Shown piece after piece: positions 1-11,395 of a DNA stretch of 64,000 nucleotides. Numbering within the stretch: position 1 is the stretch's first letter; each line of letters opens with the position of its first letter. Made by a program: the position numbers and the translations under genes. The DNA lies in NCBI GenBank assembly GCA_040772365.1, contig JAXGYI010000002.1:2762-66761 (forward strand), given 5' to 3'. The stretch comes from Candidatus Moraniibacteriota bacterium (lineage in GTDB: Bacteria > Patescibacteriota > Minisyncoccia > Moranbacterales > GCA-2747515). The notes below the pieces were generated by a model. That model made no database searches, was not told the origin of the DNA, and worked only from the letters and a program-made list of their open reading frames with translations.

Positions 1-155
1 ATGATAAAGAGTGGTGCAATGATGAGAAAAATATCCAGCATGGGAAATATAATCACAGTAATCACTGATGTATTATACCACAAAACGTATCTTGACAGTC
101 ATGTGAGGCATGCTACGATGAACTACTACGTTATTACTCACTTAATTATTGCGCT

Positions 156-638
156 ATGCATAAAAATCCCATTGCCATCCTCCTGACGATTTTGGCACTT
201 ATCATCGTGATTGTTTTTCTCTACGCTATCTACAAAGTGTACACACAAAACGCTACGACACAAGATGCCATTGTGGGTGATTATGTGATCACGGACGATG
301 GTGCGGAAAACGTTGCACTACAAAGCGACGGCGGTGCATCACAACAAACGTCGCTACCGGCGCAAAAATCACTCACTGCACAGCAGGTGGTATCCGACGT
401 GATTGCTGCAGCGCAGCAGAATACTGCACAAGACGCGCCGCACACCACCTTTACACAAGAAGAGCCCACAGCATCACCCACGCCGTCTGCAACAACCGTC
501 ACGGTGCCGCAAGTGGTGACGCCTGCCACATCTCCCGCCACGGGTCCCGGCGCATGGGCTACCATTATTGCCGCGGCGGGCGCACTTGCGGCGTCAATGA
601 TCGGCTATAAAGTAGTGCATGCCGCACGTGTACGGTAA
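156..638 (+). CDS. Membrane-anchored low-complexity (Thr/Ala/Gln/Pro) protein with a C-terminal sortase-like sorting signal
   Basis: N-terminal hydrophobic helix; ends SPATGP + hydrophobic segment + basic tail (HAARVR). Confidence 0.7.
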   Translation: MHKNPIAILLTILALIIVIVFLYAIYKVYTQNATTQDAIVGDYVITDDGAENVALQSDGGASQQTSLPAQKSLTAQQVVSDVIAAAQQNTAQDAPHTTFTQEEPTASPTPSATTVTVPQVVTPATSPATGPGAWATIIAAAGALAASMIGYKVVHAARVR

Positions 639-684
639 GCATGGACATGTCGCCACGGCATTTGTGGAAATAGCATCATCTTTT

Positions 685-1338
685 TTATCTCTTTCCATCC
701 CATTCTTGTAAAAATTCTTCCAAAAAGTTCTCCATAAAGCGATGACGGTGGTGCGCGATTTTTCGTGCGGTCTTGGTATTCATGCGATCTTGCAGAAGGA
801 GGAGTTTTTCATAGAAATGGTTGATGGTTGGGCCGGCATTGTTTTTGTATTGTCCGGAAGAGGTATGGTGTTGTGGTGGTATGGTCGGGTCGTGCATCAG
901 TCGGTTTTTTGTGCCGCCATAGGCAAAGGCACGCGCAATGCCGATGGCGCCAATGGCGTCCAATCGGTCGGCGTCTTGGACGATCATACCTTCCAGGGTG
1001 TCCATCGGCGTGGCAACGCCGGCACCTTTGAAAGAGAGGTTTCTGATGATGTCACAGATATGTGCGATTGTTTTGGGTTCTACGGACAATTCTTCCAACC
1101 ACTGTGCTGCCATGTTCGGTCCAATATCTTCGTTGCCATCGTGAAATTTCCAGTCCGCGATGTCATGCAGGAGTGCTGCCAATTCAACTACAAACAGATC
1201 GGCATGCTCTTGCGCGCCAATATGGAGAGCATTTTGCCACACGCGATACACATGCCACCAATCATGACCGGATGCCTCACCGTCGAGATGTGTTTTCATG
1301 CGTTCAGCGGTTTGTGTGATGATGCTTTTCTTATTCAT
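685..1338 (-). CDS. HD-domain phosphohydrolase (YedJ-like)
   Basis: GHDWWHVYRV, LLHDIAD, VQDADRLDAIGAIGIARAF and HFYEKLL motifs. Confidence 0.9.
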   Translation of the reverse strand: MNKKSIITQTAERMKTHLDGEASGHDWWHVYRVWQNALHIGAQEHADLFVVELAALLHDIADWKFHDGNEDIGPNMAAQWLEELSVEPKTIAHICDIIRNLSFKGAGVATPMDTLEGMIVQDADRLDAIGAIGIARAFAYGGTKNRLMHDPTIPPQHHTSSGQYKNNAGPTINHFYEKLLLLQDRMNTKTARKIAHHRHRFMENFLEEFLQEWDGKR

Positions 1339-1644
1339 AGTTTATGAGGGATAACAATGTCTACTGAGAAATTACCACAGCCAATAATTGAGGTAATTGA
1401 GTATACCAAATAACGTACGGATAAAGCCAAGACGGTTGGGTGATCAAGTTTAAAATAAGACCGAATCGAGAACGCCAATGTTCCTATAAAATTACAGCTC
1501 TCCTTTTCATAATATAGCACTTAGTCTTCATAATTGTATAGTGGAGAGATAGTTTTACATCGGATTTTAGATCTATGTAGTTTTCTCTTTCCAAAACACT
1601 GCGCATGATTGCTTTCATGGGAATCCTGGGGTATACTTGGCTTT

Positions 1645-3450
1645 ATGAAAAACATCCGAAATTTTTGCATTATCGCGCATATTGACCATGGGAAATCCAC
1701 CTTGTCGGATCGGCTTTTGGAGGTGACGGGGACAGTGGAAAGGCGCAAGATGAAAGAGCAGCTGTTGGATACAATGGACTTGGAACAGGAGCGTGGGATT
1801 ACCATCAAATTGACGCCCGTGCAGATGCACTACCGCTACAAAGATACGGACTATACACTCAATCTGATTGACACGCCGGGGCACGTGGACTTTGCTTATG
1901 AAGTGTCGCGTAGCTTGGCGGCGGTGGAAGGAGCAATTCTCTTGGTTGATGCGTCACAGGGTGTGCAGGCGCAGACGTTGACAAACTTGTACGTGGCACT
2001 AGAGCATGATTTGGAGATCATTCCCGTGCTCAACAAGATTGACCTGCCTAGTGCCGATGTCCCCAAAGTGACAAAAGAGGTCATGCATATTTTGGGATGC
2101 GCGGAAGAAGACATCTTGGCAGTGAGCGGTAAGACGGGGGAGGGCGTGGAAGCGTTGCTACAGCGTGTAATTGACAAAGTGCCGGCGCCACAGGGTGATC
2201 CCGACAGTGCACTGCGTGCGCTCATTTTTGACAGTGTCTACGACGCCTATAAGGGTGTACTTGCCTATGTGCGGATTATAGACGGGCGCATTGGTAAGCA
2301 CGATGACATTCATATGATGGCAACCATGAAGGATAGCGGTGTAGTGGAGCTAGGACACTTTCGTCCACAGTATGTATCGTGCGACAGTTTAACAACTGGT
2401 GATATCGGCTACATTGCCACGGGATTCAAAACGGTAGTGGAGTGTAAGGTGGGTGATACGGTTACTATTAAGAAAAGCGGCAAAGAAAAAACGTATGATG
2501 ACGTGGCGCAGTTGCCCGGCTATCGTGTGGTTAAGCCGATGGTTTATGCGAGTTTTTACCCTACGGATGGCGGAGAATATAATGTAATGCGCGACGCCAT
2601 GGATAAACTCACGTTGAATGATGGCGCATTTCGTTTTGAACCGGAAAACAACAAAGCGCTAGGGCGCGGGTTTCGATGCGGATTTTTAGGACTGCTTCAC
2701 TTGGAAATTATTCAAGCGCGCTTAGAGCGAGAATTTGGGTTATCGCCGACGATTACTACGCCAAGTGTGGTATACAAGGTGCGCAAGAAAAACAGTGACA
2801 CCTTGGTGGAAATCTACTCTGCCACAGAACTTCCCGATCCGTCAACGATTGATGAAGTGCGCGAGCCATATGCACGGCTGGAAATTATCACACCGTCGCA
2901 GTATTTGGGCAATGTGATGGAGCTTATGGGCACGACGCGCGCTGAATATCTCTCTACGGACTACATTGACGCCGACCGCGTGCAACTTTCTTTTGATGCA
3001 CCACTGATGGATGTGATAGTGGACTTTCACGATCAACTCAAGAGCGTGACGAGCGGTTATGCATCCATGAACTATGAGCCGACGGGCTATCGTGCAAGCG
3101 AGTTGGTGAAGCTGGACATTATGGTGGCGGGCGAAGTGATTGATGCGTTTGCGCGCATTGTACCAAAAAACGACGCCTACCACATCGGCAAGGCGACGGT
3201 AGATGCTCTCAAAGATGTCCTACCACGCCAAAACTTTGCCGTGGCGATTCAAGCCGCCATTGGCGCAAAGGTAATTGCCCGCGCCACATTGAGCGCATTT
3301 CGCAAGGACGTGACAGCAGGGCTCTATGGCGGTGATGTTACGCGCAAGCGCAAACTTTTGGAAAAGCAGAAAAAAGGCAAGAAGCGTGCTCAGCAATCCG
3401 GAAGCGTGGAGATTCCACCGGAAGCCTTTCTGAAGGTGTTGCGGAAGTAG
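1645..3450 (+). CDS. lepA: Elongation factor 4 (LepA)
   Basis: [51 protein letters not shown]; start set at ATG 1645. Confidence 0.98.
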   Translation: MKNIRNFCIIAHIDHGKSTLSDRLLEVTGTVERRKMKEQLLDTMDLEQERGITIKLTPVQMHYRYKDTDYTLNLIDTPGHVDFAYEVSRSLAAVEGAILLVDASQGVQAQTLTNLYVALEHDLEIIPVLNKIDLPSADVPKVTKEVMHILGCAEEDILAVSGKTGEGVEALLQRVIDKVPAPQGDPDSALRALIFDSVYDAYKGVLAYVRIIDGRIGKHDDIHMMATMKDSGVVELGHFRPQYVSCDSLTTGDIGYIATGFKTVVECKVGDTVTIKKSGKEKTYDDVAQLPGYRVVKPMVYASFYPTDGGEYNVMRDAMDKLTLNDGAFRFEPENNKALGRGFRCGFLGLLHLEIIQARLEREFGLSPTITTPSVVYKVRKKNSDTLVEIYSATELPDPSTIDEVREPYARLEIITPSQYLGNVMELMGTTRAEYLSTDYIDADRVQLSFDAPLMDVIVDFHDQLKSVTSGYASMNYEPTGYRASELVKLDIMVAGEVIDAFARIVPKNDAYHIGKATVDALKDVLPRQNFAVAIQAAIGAKVIARATLSAFRKDVTAGLYGGDVTRKRKLLEKQKKGKKRAQQSGSVEIPPEAFLKVLRK

Positions 3451-3762
3451 TCCATACACTTAACAGGTGTCTGGTTCTAATATACATCAGAAAAGATTAT
3501 TGGTATTTTTATTTTTCATTTATACAAATGTCTACTGTGAAATGCATTTGTATCACAATCTTGATCTGTAGTATAGCGATGAATCTATAGATGCATCATA
3601 AAGTAAAACATATAGATGAAAATCCCTGTAGGCGAAGGAGTTGTTGTATTAAAATATTTTTTGCTACTTGATTTTTTTTGAATAGATGTTAAGATGCGTA
3701 GTTGTTTTTTAACAGTATGTTTGGCACACTCACCACGATATTCGACTACACAGGAGGAAGGC

Positions 3763-4761
3763 ATGGGATGGCGCATTGGGCTACTGAAAGCCTCGTACAG
3801 AAATCACTTGTTTTACTCAACTATCAACAAAAAAATGATGAAAGAAGTGCATCATATCACATCAGATGCAGCAGGTAGTCTGAGCAGCATCAATGTGGAC
3901 GGTATTTTGCGAAAAAACAACCTAGAAGTTGTGGAAAAAGAGTTTTTTCGCAACAAGAAAAATGTGCTCCGCGTGAAGGACGACTGCGGGAATCCGCTCA
4001 TCCTCAAGATCGGGGTGAGTGAAGTGCAAATGCGCTTGATGCGCAATCTACAGTGCATGGGGGGCTATTTGTGCTTCCGTGTCCCGCCCATTGTTGCTGC
4101 GGGCGAAGATTGGATGCTTATGGAGGAGGTGCAAGGACAGTTCTTGCACGAGCTCTATGAGGATAGTCCTGGTTTTTGTATAGAGATCAGTCGTCGTATT
4201 GCCAACGACTATCAGCATATCGCGATATCCATCGACAACAGAAATTTGTCTGGAGATTTGCTGCAGGTGGGGCAAATGCGACTGTACTCCCGGCTCAACA
4301 TCTGGAGTAAGCCGCTTGTTGATGCGGGGTTGATTGATTTTACTCTTGTGCAGCAGATTGCACAAGAATTCCAAAAAATTGTTGCCCGCAAAGGTGAGGA
4401 CTTCTTTGCGTGGGTTCATGGTAATATTATTGGCGACCACGTTATCATGAAGGATGATCTCCCGTATCTTCTTGACCTAGAGAGCGTGCCATGGGTCGGG
4501 CGGGGATACTACGATCTCCTGCGAGCATTGGACTTCATGTTCCTCATGTCGCAGGATGCGGAACGGATGCGTGTCGCCATCCCTCAATGGATCAACATGT
4601 ATACCCATCACCATAATCAAGAAGAAGTGCGACTTGTATTTGCGCTGCGCAACATCGGGATTTTGGGATGGGATATTCTCCACAACTCCGTGCCGTATGT
4701 GGTGGGGGATATTGAAAAGAAGAAGGAGATTGCACTGCAGTTCATCAAGAGAGAGTATTAA
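3763..4761 (+). CDS. APH/choline-kinase-like phosphotransferase fold protein with atypical catalytic loop
   Basis: LILKI, WMLMEEVQG, WVHGNIIGDHV...YLLDLE; AGGAGG upstream of ATG 3763. Confidence 0.6.
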   Translation: MGWRIGLLKASYRNHLFYSTINKKMMKEVHHITSDAAGSLSSINVDGILRKNNLEVVEKEFFRNKKNVLRVKDDCGNPLILKIGVSEVQMRLMRNLQCMGGYLCFRVPPIVAAGEDWMLMEEVQGQFLHELYEDSPGFCIEISRRIANDYQHIAISIDNRNLSGDLLQVGQMRLYSRLNIWSKPLVDAGLIDFTLVQQIAQEFQKIVARKGEDFFAWVHGNIIGDHVIMKDDLPYLLDLESVPWVGRGYYDLLRALDFMFLMSQDAERMRVAIPQWINMYTHHHNQEEVRLVFALRNIGILGWDILHNSVPYVVGDIEKKKEIALQFIKREY

Positions 4762-4911
4762 CTTGGTGAACGGCGACGAGGCGGTGTTGGGAATATTTTC
4801 CCGACGCCGCTTTTTACACTTTTCGCCGTATGCTGCACAAGTTTCTCTGGTCAATGAGCGTGTGGTAAAGGCGCGATGCAGTAACATGATTCGTAAGCAC
4901 TTATGTGCCTC

Positions 4912-4939
4912 TTGACAAGATTTTTTGTCTATGTATAAT
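4912..4939 (+). promoter_or_regulatory. Sigma70 promoter of the rRNA transcription unit
   Basis: TTGACA-16 nt-TATAAT upstream of the 16S leader. Confidence 0.8.
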
Positions 4940-5094
4940 GGGGAGTAGCAATTAAGAATACAACAGCAAAAGCGTATCGTTGACTCCATTCCGACGGGTG
5001 AAAGAATGATACATCTCCGGACGTGCGCCTGTGGGCGTGTTAGCATGAGTGGAGATGTGTTTTTCTTTCCGTCACAGGGGCGGACGAAAAACGA

Positions 5095-5106
5095 GACCTT
5101 TAACAA
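5095..5106 (+). promoter_or_regulatory. boxA-like antitermination element in the rRNA leader
   Basis: GACCTTTAACAA versus consensus TGCTCTTTAACA, located between promoter and 16S. Confidence 0.6.
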
Positions 5107-5410
5107 CTAAAGACGATCGTCACATGCCACCGAGTACACAACATGGTATGTGGCGACACTAGCAAAACTAAACTGCAAGAAATGTACCATTTTGGTGACT
5201 GTTTTTTGTGGTTAGTCCTAAACAACACCGTCGCAGAAATGCGACAGTGACGATCTATCTTTTGAGTCAGATATGACACTTGTCATATCTGTTCGGCACA
5301 CGCCGGACAAACAAACTTACACATAGGCATCTGCGCAAGCAGGGAACCTATGACGTCCCACCAACTGTTGATACGAGCAGGGGACGGTCAATCATCTGAT
5401 TGATATCGTT

Positions 5411-6936
<1,526 letters not shown>

Positions 6937-6948
<12 letters not shown>

Positions 6949-7076
6949 CTAGGGAGATAAGGTGACGAGAGTTGATGGTCAACATCAGGTTCTCAAAACC
7001 CATAAGGTCGTTTGCACATCTTTTAGTGTGCAATCGCGACTCAAGATAGACGTATAGGACTAACCGCAAAAGACAG
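6937..7076 (+). repeat. 140-bp direct repeat, copy 1 (16S 3' end + trailer)
   Basis: Matches 15590..15729 with 4 substitutions by manual alignment. Confidence 0.95.
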
Positions 7077-7419
7077 AATATATCTTGTTAGAAACAAGAA
7101 AATCGTTATTTGTAACGATTTTTTTGTTTTTGTGTGCTTCCATATTGTATTGGCTGGTACACATCATTTTGTCAACCGGCCATAAGCCGGTTTTTTTGAC
7201 TTGCGCACGTAGTGCTTGTGGTCTGTGTACAGCAATACACAATCACAAGCGCTGCGTGGGCTGGTTATATGTCCGGCTAATATATCACCGTCCAAGGCAT
7301 ATTGGGTGGACAAATAACCAGCTAAAAACGATAAATTGCTCATATTTGTAAGATTTGATATATTTATTATAAGAAACCTAAAATACTCTGCTATATAATA
7401 ATAACAAAAACTTTCAACT

Positions 7420-8087
7420 ATGAATGAAGGCAGATTTGAACAATTTGTTAGCCAGCCGGAATTGGAAGAAAAACTTAAAAAAGCTCCAAGGAAACAAAGA
7501 ATATTTTTGATGAGCTTGAGAGTGAAAAAAGAAATGAATCATTTATTAATGAAGATAAATCTAAAAATGAAAAAAGTGCAAACAAGAGAGACCTTAGAAA
7601 GAAAACTGCAGGTTTTATTGAAAAAGATGGTGTAATAATAAAAAAAGAAAAGAGGCATACAGGCAAAGGAATTGATTCAGTTCGCCATCCTAAAGGTGAA
7701 ATCTCGACAGCCAGTAAATATGAGCAATTGCAAAAAGAATTAGAAGATCATGGCATGAGTCATCCGGGTGAGTGGCGTAAAACCTATGATGAAGATTTTG
7801 AAAGTGCTATCCATAAAAATTTTGACGCATTATACACTTATCTTGAGGGTGAAAAAAGGGTCTCTGACAAAGAAAAAATAAAAGCATTTAGCGAGACTGA
7901 AGACAGCATAGAACGGCTGGAGCTTTTGAGGTCTATGTCGCTTACTGATGCGGTTAAATGCTTGCGAGATTATGCTGACAACCCGGGACAATTCCGCTAC
8001 CTGGCCAATCGTTTGGATTTTTATCAAAAGTTATTTCAAGGCAAAGCAACACGTTTTATTCTCAATTATCACGACAGAAGCAAATAG
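7420..8087 (+). pseudogene. Charged hypothetical protein broken by frameshifts
   Basis: Start at 7420 can be joined to the 7728..8087 frame via shifts at A and T runs near 7476-7508. Confidence 0.45.
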
Positions 8088-8289
8088 TCTTGTTGGAAAA
8101 ATTCATGATAGCATACCAGTTATTCTGAGAAAAGATGAGGAAAAACAATGGCTTGATACGCATATGAAAGATGATGAAATCATGCAATACTTGAACAAAT
8201 ATACAAGTGAAAATATGAACGTGTACGATATATCCACATTAGTAAACAGCCCACATAATGATATGTCCGATGTTTTGCTTCCTGCATAA
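8056..8289 (+). pseudogene. C-terminal fragment of SOS-response-associated peptidase (SRAP/YedK)
   Basis: FSIITTEANSLVGKIHDSIPVIL...WLD...VNSPHND; N-terminal MCGR half absent. Confidence 0.8.
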
Positions 8290-8334
8290 ATATAATTCTA
8301 CATGTACCATTTTTGTATGAGTCAGTTCTAATGG

Positions 8335-8363
8335 TTGACTAGAAATGAAATAATGTATACACT
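8335..8363 (+). promoter_or_regulatory. Sigma70 promoter of the island operon
   Basis: TTGACT-17 nt-TACACT, 31 nt before ATG 8395. Confidence 0.55.
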
Positions 8364-8394
8364 ATAGTGATATTTTTATTGTTGTAATTTATAT

Positions 8395-9502
8395 ATGGTT
8401 CCAGATTATATTCTGCAAATAATAAAAAAAGATATAAAGAGCATGAAGGGTCGCAATGGTAATTTTGTTGTCCCAAATTATAAGCCAGAAACTCATTATT
8501 TGGACCTGACTAGCAGTAACTACTATTTTGCTCTTCTGTGTATCAGAAACCATATTAAGCTAATTTCAGACCACTATTTCAATACTATTATCGGCGCGAA
8601 GAATATTGACCTTTTTATGCTTACGCCAAGCATATCATCTCCAATGGGGCCTGGCTCAGATTCGGAAGCAATTCCAATAACATTTGGCAAACTCAGTTCA
8701 TATCTTGTTGACTCATCACAATTTGGTTTTGAGCCTTTGATTTTAAATGGGTTAGACAAAGTATATTGCTATCTTCCATCAATGAGGGGGGAGGATTATG
8801 ATAATCGTCATCTAAATCAATTCTATCACTGTGAAATGGAGATGGCGGGTACACGTGAAGAGATGAAGAAGATCATCGAAGGTTATATTAAAATTCTTTC
8901 TGAAACATTATTGGAGGCGAAGGAAATAGTTGCTCTGATATCAGTTAATCCTAAAGTATCAATTGCAGTTTTAGAAGAGTTGGTCAAACAAGGTAAATTT
9001 GCGGAATTCACTTTTGATGAAGCTGTTGAACTTTTAGAAAAGAATGGTAAAAAACATCTTGTAAATTATACGAATACAGGTAGGGATATTAGTTCGGATG
9101 GTGAAATTGAATTGATGAAGATTATAAATCATAGATTACCTATTTGGTTGAATGACTTTGATAGAGATAGGGTGCCATTTTATCAAAAACCACAAGCAGA
9201 CAAAGTTATTGCGTCCGATTTGTTATTTACCCCCATTGCAAGAAGGTGCTTTTGGTGGTGAGATAGTTGGCTGTGGTCAGCGGCAAGATACAGCTGATGA
9301 AATTTACGAATCTTTAAAAAGACAGGGCCTTAATGCTGAACCTTATGAATGGTATATTAATTTGCGAAGACAAGAAAACTATGACACATCATCAGGGTTT
9401 GGATTCGGCGTAGAGCGTTTTATTACATGGGCATTGGGCATGAATGATATTAAGAATGCCATTATTTATCCTAGATTAAAAAATATTGATACTAAGCCTT
9501 AA
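8395..9502 (+). CDS. Class IIb aaRS (Asn/Asp-RS-like) catalytic-domain paralogue lacking the anticodon domain; one frameshift near 9229
   Basis: Motif 2 PSMRGEDYDNRHLNQFYHCEME; motif 3 SSGFGFGVERF and YPR in second frame; removing one A at ~9229 fuses both ORFs. Confidence 0.85.
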
Positions 9503-9507
9503 TTAAT

Positions 9508-10347
9508 ATGTTTATGAATTCGTTCAATATTGATGAATTGGATTATTCCAAATTAGTGTCCATAGTTAAAGAGCGTAATCGTCCGTCCGGTGGTATTAAA
9601 ACAGTACATGAGGTTGCAGTAAATGCATTTGTGGATTCTTCAAAAAAAATGCTTGAAATTGGAAGTAATACAGGCTTTACAAGTGTTAATATGAGTCTTT
9701 TGACGGGATGTGATGTTACGGGTATTGATATTAATCAAGGGTCTGTAGATGAATCCATCGCATATGCTAAACGCAATGGTGTGGAGAAAAATACAAAATT
9801 TCAAGTTGCATCTGCAACAGAAATACCATTTGATGACAAATATTTTGATATAGTGTGGAGCAGCAATGTTACCTCATTCATAGATGATAAAAGTGCGGCA
9901 ATCAGAGAGTATTTACGAGTTCTTAAAGTGGGAGGTATTTTAGTTGTGGTGCCAATATATTATCATAGTGAACCTCCTGCGGATGTGATACGCAGTGTAT
10001 CAAAAGCAATTGGTGCTGAAGTAAAAGTTTGGGATGAGAAATTTTGGATTGACCAAGTACAAAAAAGTGCACCACAAGATGAGAATTTTGTTCAACTCAT
10101 ATATAAGTCATCGTATCGATACGACGATAAAAGTGATAGTGTGAGCAGCTATGTGGATGAAATATTTAACAAAGAACATTTAATTGCATATTCTGATGAA
10201 GCAAAAATGATGCTAAAGAATCGATATGCAAAATATATGGACATTTTTAATACCAACTTGCAGTACGCACAGTATTCGGTGCTATTATTCCAAAAACGAA
10301 ATGAGGCAGAAGAAGTGGAGCTTTTTACAACAAAGAAAAATAATTAG
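9508..10347 (+). CDS. Class I SAM-dependent methyltransferase
   Basis: MLEIGSNTGFT, GIDIN, IPFDDKYFDIV, RVLKVGG. Confidence 0.9.
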   Translation: MFMNSFNIDELDYSKLVSIVKERNRPSGGIKTVHEVAVNAFVDSSKKMLEIGSNTGFTSVNMSLLTGCDVTGIDINQGSVDESIAYAKRNGVEKNTKFQVASATEIPFDDKYFDIVWSSNVTSFIDDKSAAIREYLRVLKVGGILVVVPIYYHSEPPADVIRSVSKAIGAEVKVWDEKFWIDQVQKSAPQDENFVQLIYKSSYRYDDKSDSVSSYVDEIFNKEHLIAYSDEAKMMLKNRYAKYMDIFNTNLQYAQYSVLLFQKRNEAEEVELFTTKKNN

Positions 10348-10361
10348 TAAAAGCTCATGCT

Positions 10362-11378
10362 ATGAGTGAAATTTTAAAACCACCATGTTTAAAAAAAGGT
10401 GACACTATTGCAATTGTGAGCCCGTCTTCAACAATTCAGCCATTTCCTCGACGTACAAAGCGTTCTGTAGGTTATTTGGAGAGCAAAGGATATAAGGTTG
10501 TATTTATGCCAAATGCCAAAAAAAATGATGGTTATAGTGGTGGCACTGCTCAAGAGCGTGCAGATGATATTAATAAGGCATTCCTCGATAAAAAGATAGA
10601 TGCGATTCTGTGCTCAACCGGTGGTTTAACAGCCAATGCTATTCTTCCATATATAAATTATGATCTTATTCATAAAAATCCAAAGATTTTTTGTGGATAT
10701 TCTGACATCACAACTCTTCTTTTGATGATTACATCAAAAGCAAATATTGTTACATATCATGGACCAACGCTCTTGCCGAGTTTTGGAGAATATGAAGGGT
10801 CAATTGGATTTACTTTTGATAGCTTTGAAAAGATGCTTTCTTCTAAAAAGGCATGTGGCGTACTTCCAACTGCGCATGAAATCGTTGCAAATAATCAATA
10901 TTGGGACAAAGAAGATGTTGAGTCGCTTGAGATGAAAGAGGCTGAGGATATCAAGTCTTTTGGAAAATCACGAAAAATCAGTGGAAAAGTATTTGGTGGT
11001 AATTTACAAACATTTACAATGTTGATGCATGATAAGGGATTTTTTGACCTAGAGGACACCATACTTTTATTGGAAGAAGAAGGTCTATCAACTGATTGGT
11101 ACGAGCGATATATCACTGAGCTTGAAAGATTGGGTATCTTTGAAAAAATTAATGGTATTATTTTTGCAAAGCCAAGCAATAGCTACAAAGAACCAAATAA
11201 AAAAATAAGAAATCTCGACCATATTTTGCGTGAAATATCTGATAAATATGACTTGGGAATCTTGAGTAATGTTGATTGTGGCCACACAAAACCATTATTG
11301 ACGATTCCACTTGGCATTGACGCTGAAATTGATACAAAAGCAAGAACTTTATCAATAAAGGATGCAGCAGTCTGCTAA
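10362..11378 (+). CDS. S66 family peptidase (LD-carboxypeptidase / MccF-like)
   Basis: LKKGDTIAIVSPSS, GYSDIT (Ser), GGNL, LLLEE (Glu), DCGHT (His). Confidence 0.92.
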   Translation: MSEILKPPCLKKGDTIAIVSPSSTIQPFPRRTKRSVGYLESKGYKVVFMPNAKKNDGYSGGTAQERADDINKAFLDKKIDAILCSTGGLTANAILPYINYDLIHKNPKIFCGYSDITTLLLMITSKANIVTYHGPTLLPSFGEYEGSIGFTFDSFEKMLSSKKACGVLPTAHEIVANNQYWDKEDVESLEMKEAEDIKSFGKSRKISGKVFGGNLQTFTMLMHDKGFFDLEDTILLLEEEGLSTDWYERYITELERLGIFEKINGIIFAKPSNSYKEPNKKIRNLDHILREISDKYDLGILSNVDCGHTKPLLTIPLGIDAEIDTKARTLSIKDAAVC

Positions 11379-11395
11379 TTATTATCATTGATATT

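Noticed and set aside
7260-7322. Integron attC site
   Set aside because: The core orientation is GTT...AAC rather than AAC...GTT, it is single-copy, and there is no integron integrase.
9220-9245. Programmed ribosomal frameshift in the aaRS paralogue
   Set aside because: No canonical slippery heptamer with a stimulator; neighbouring genes show similar single-base insertions, favouring error or decay.
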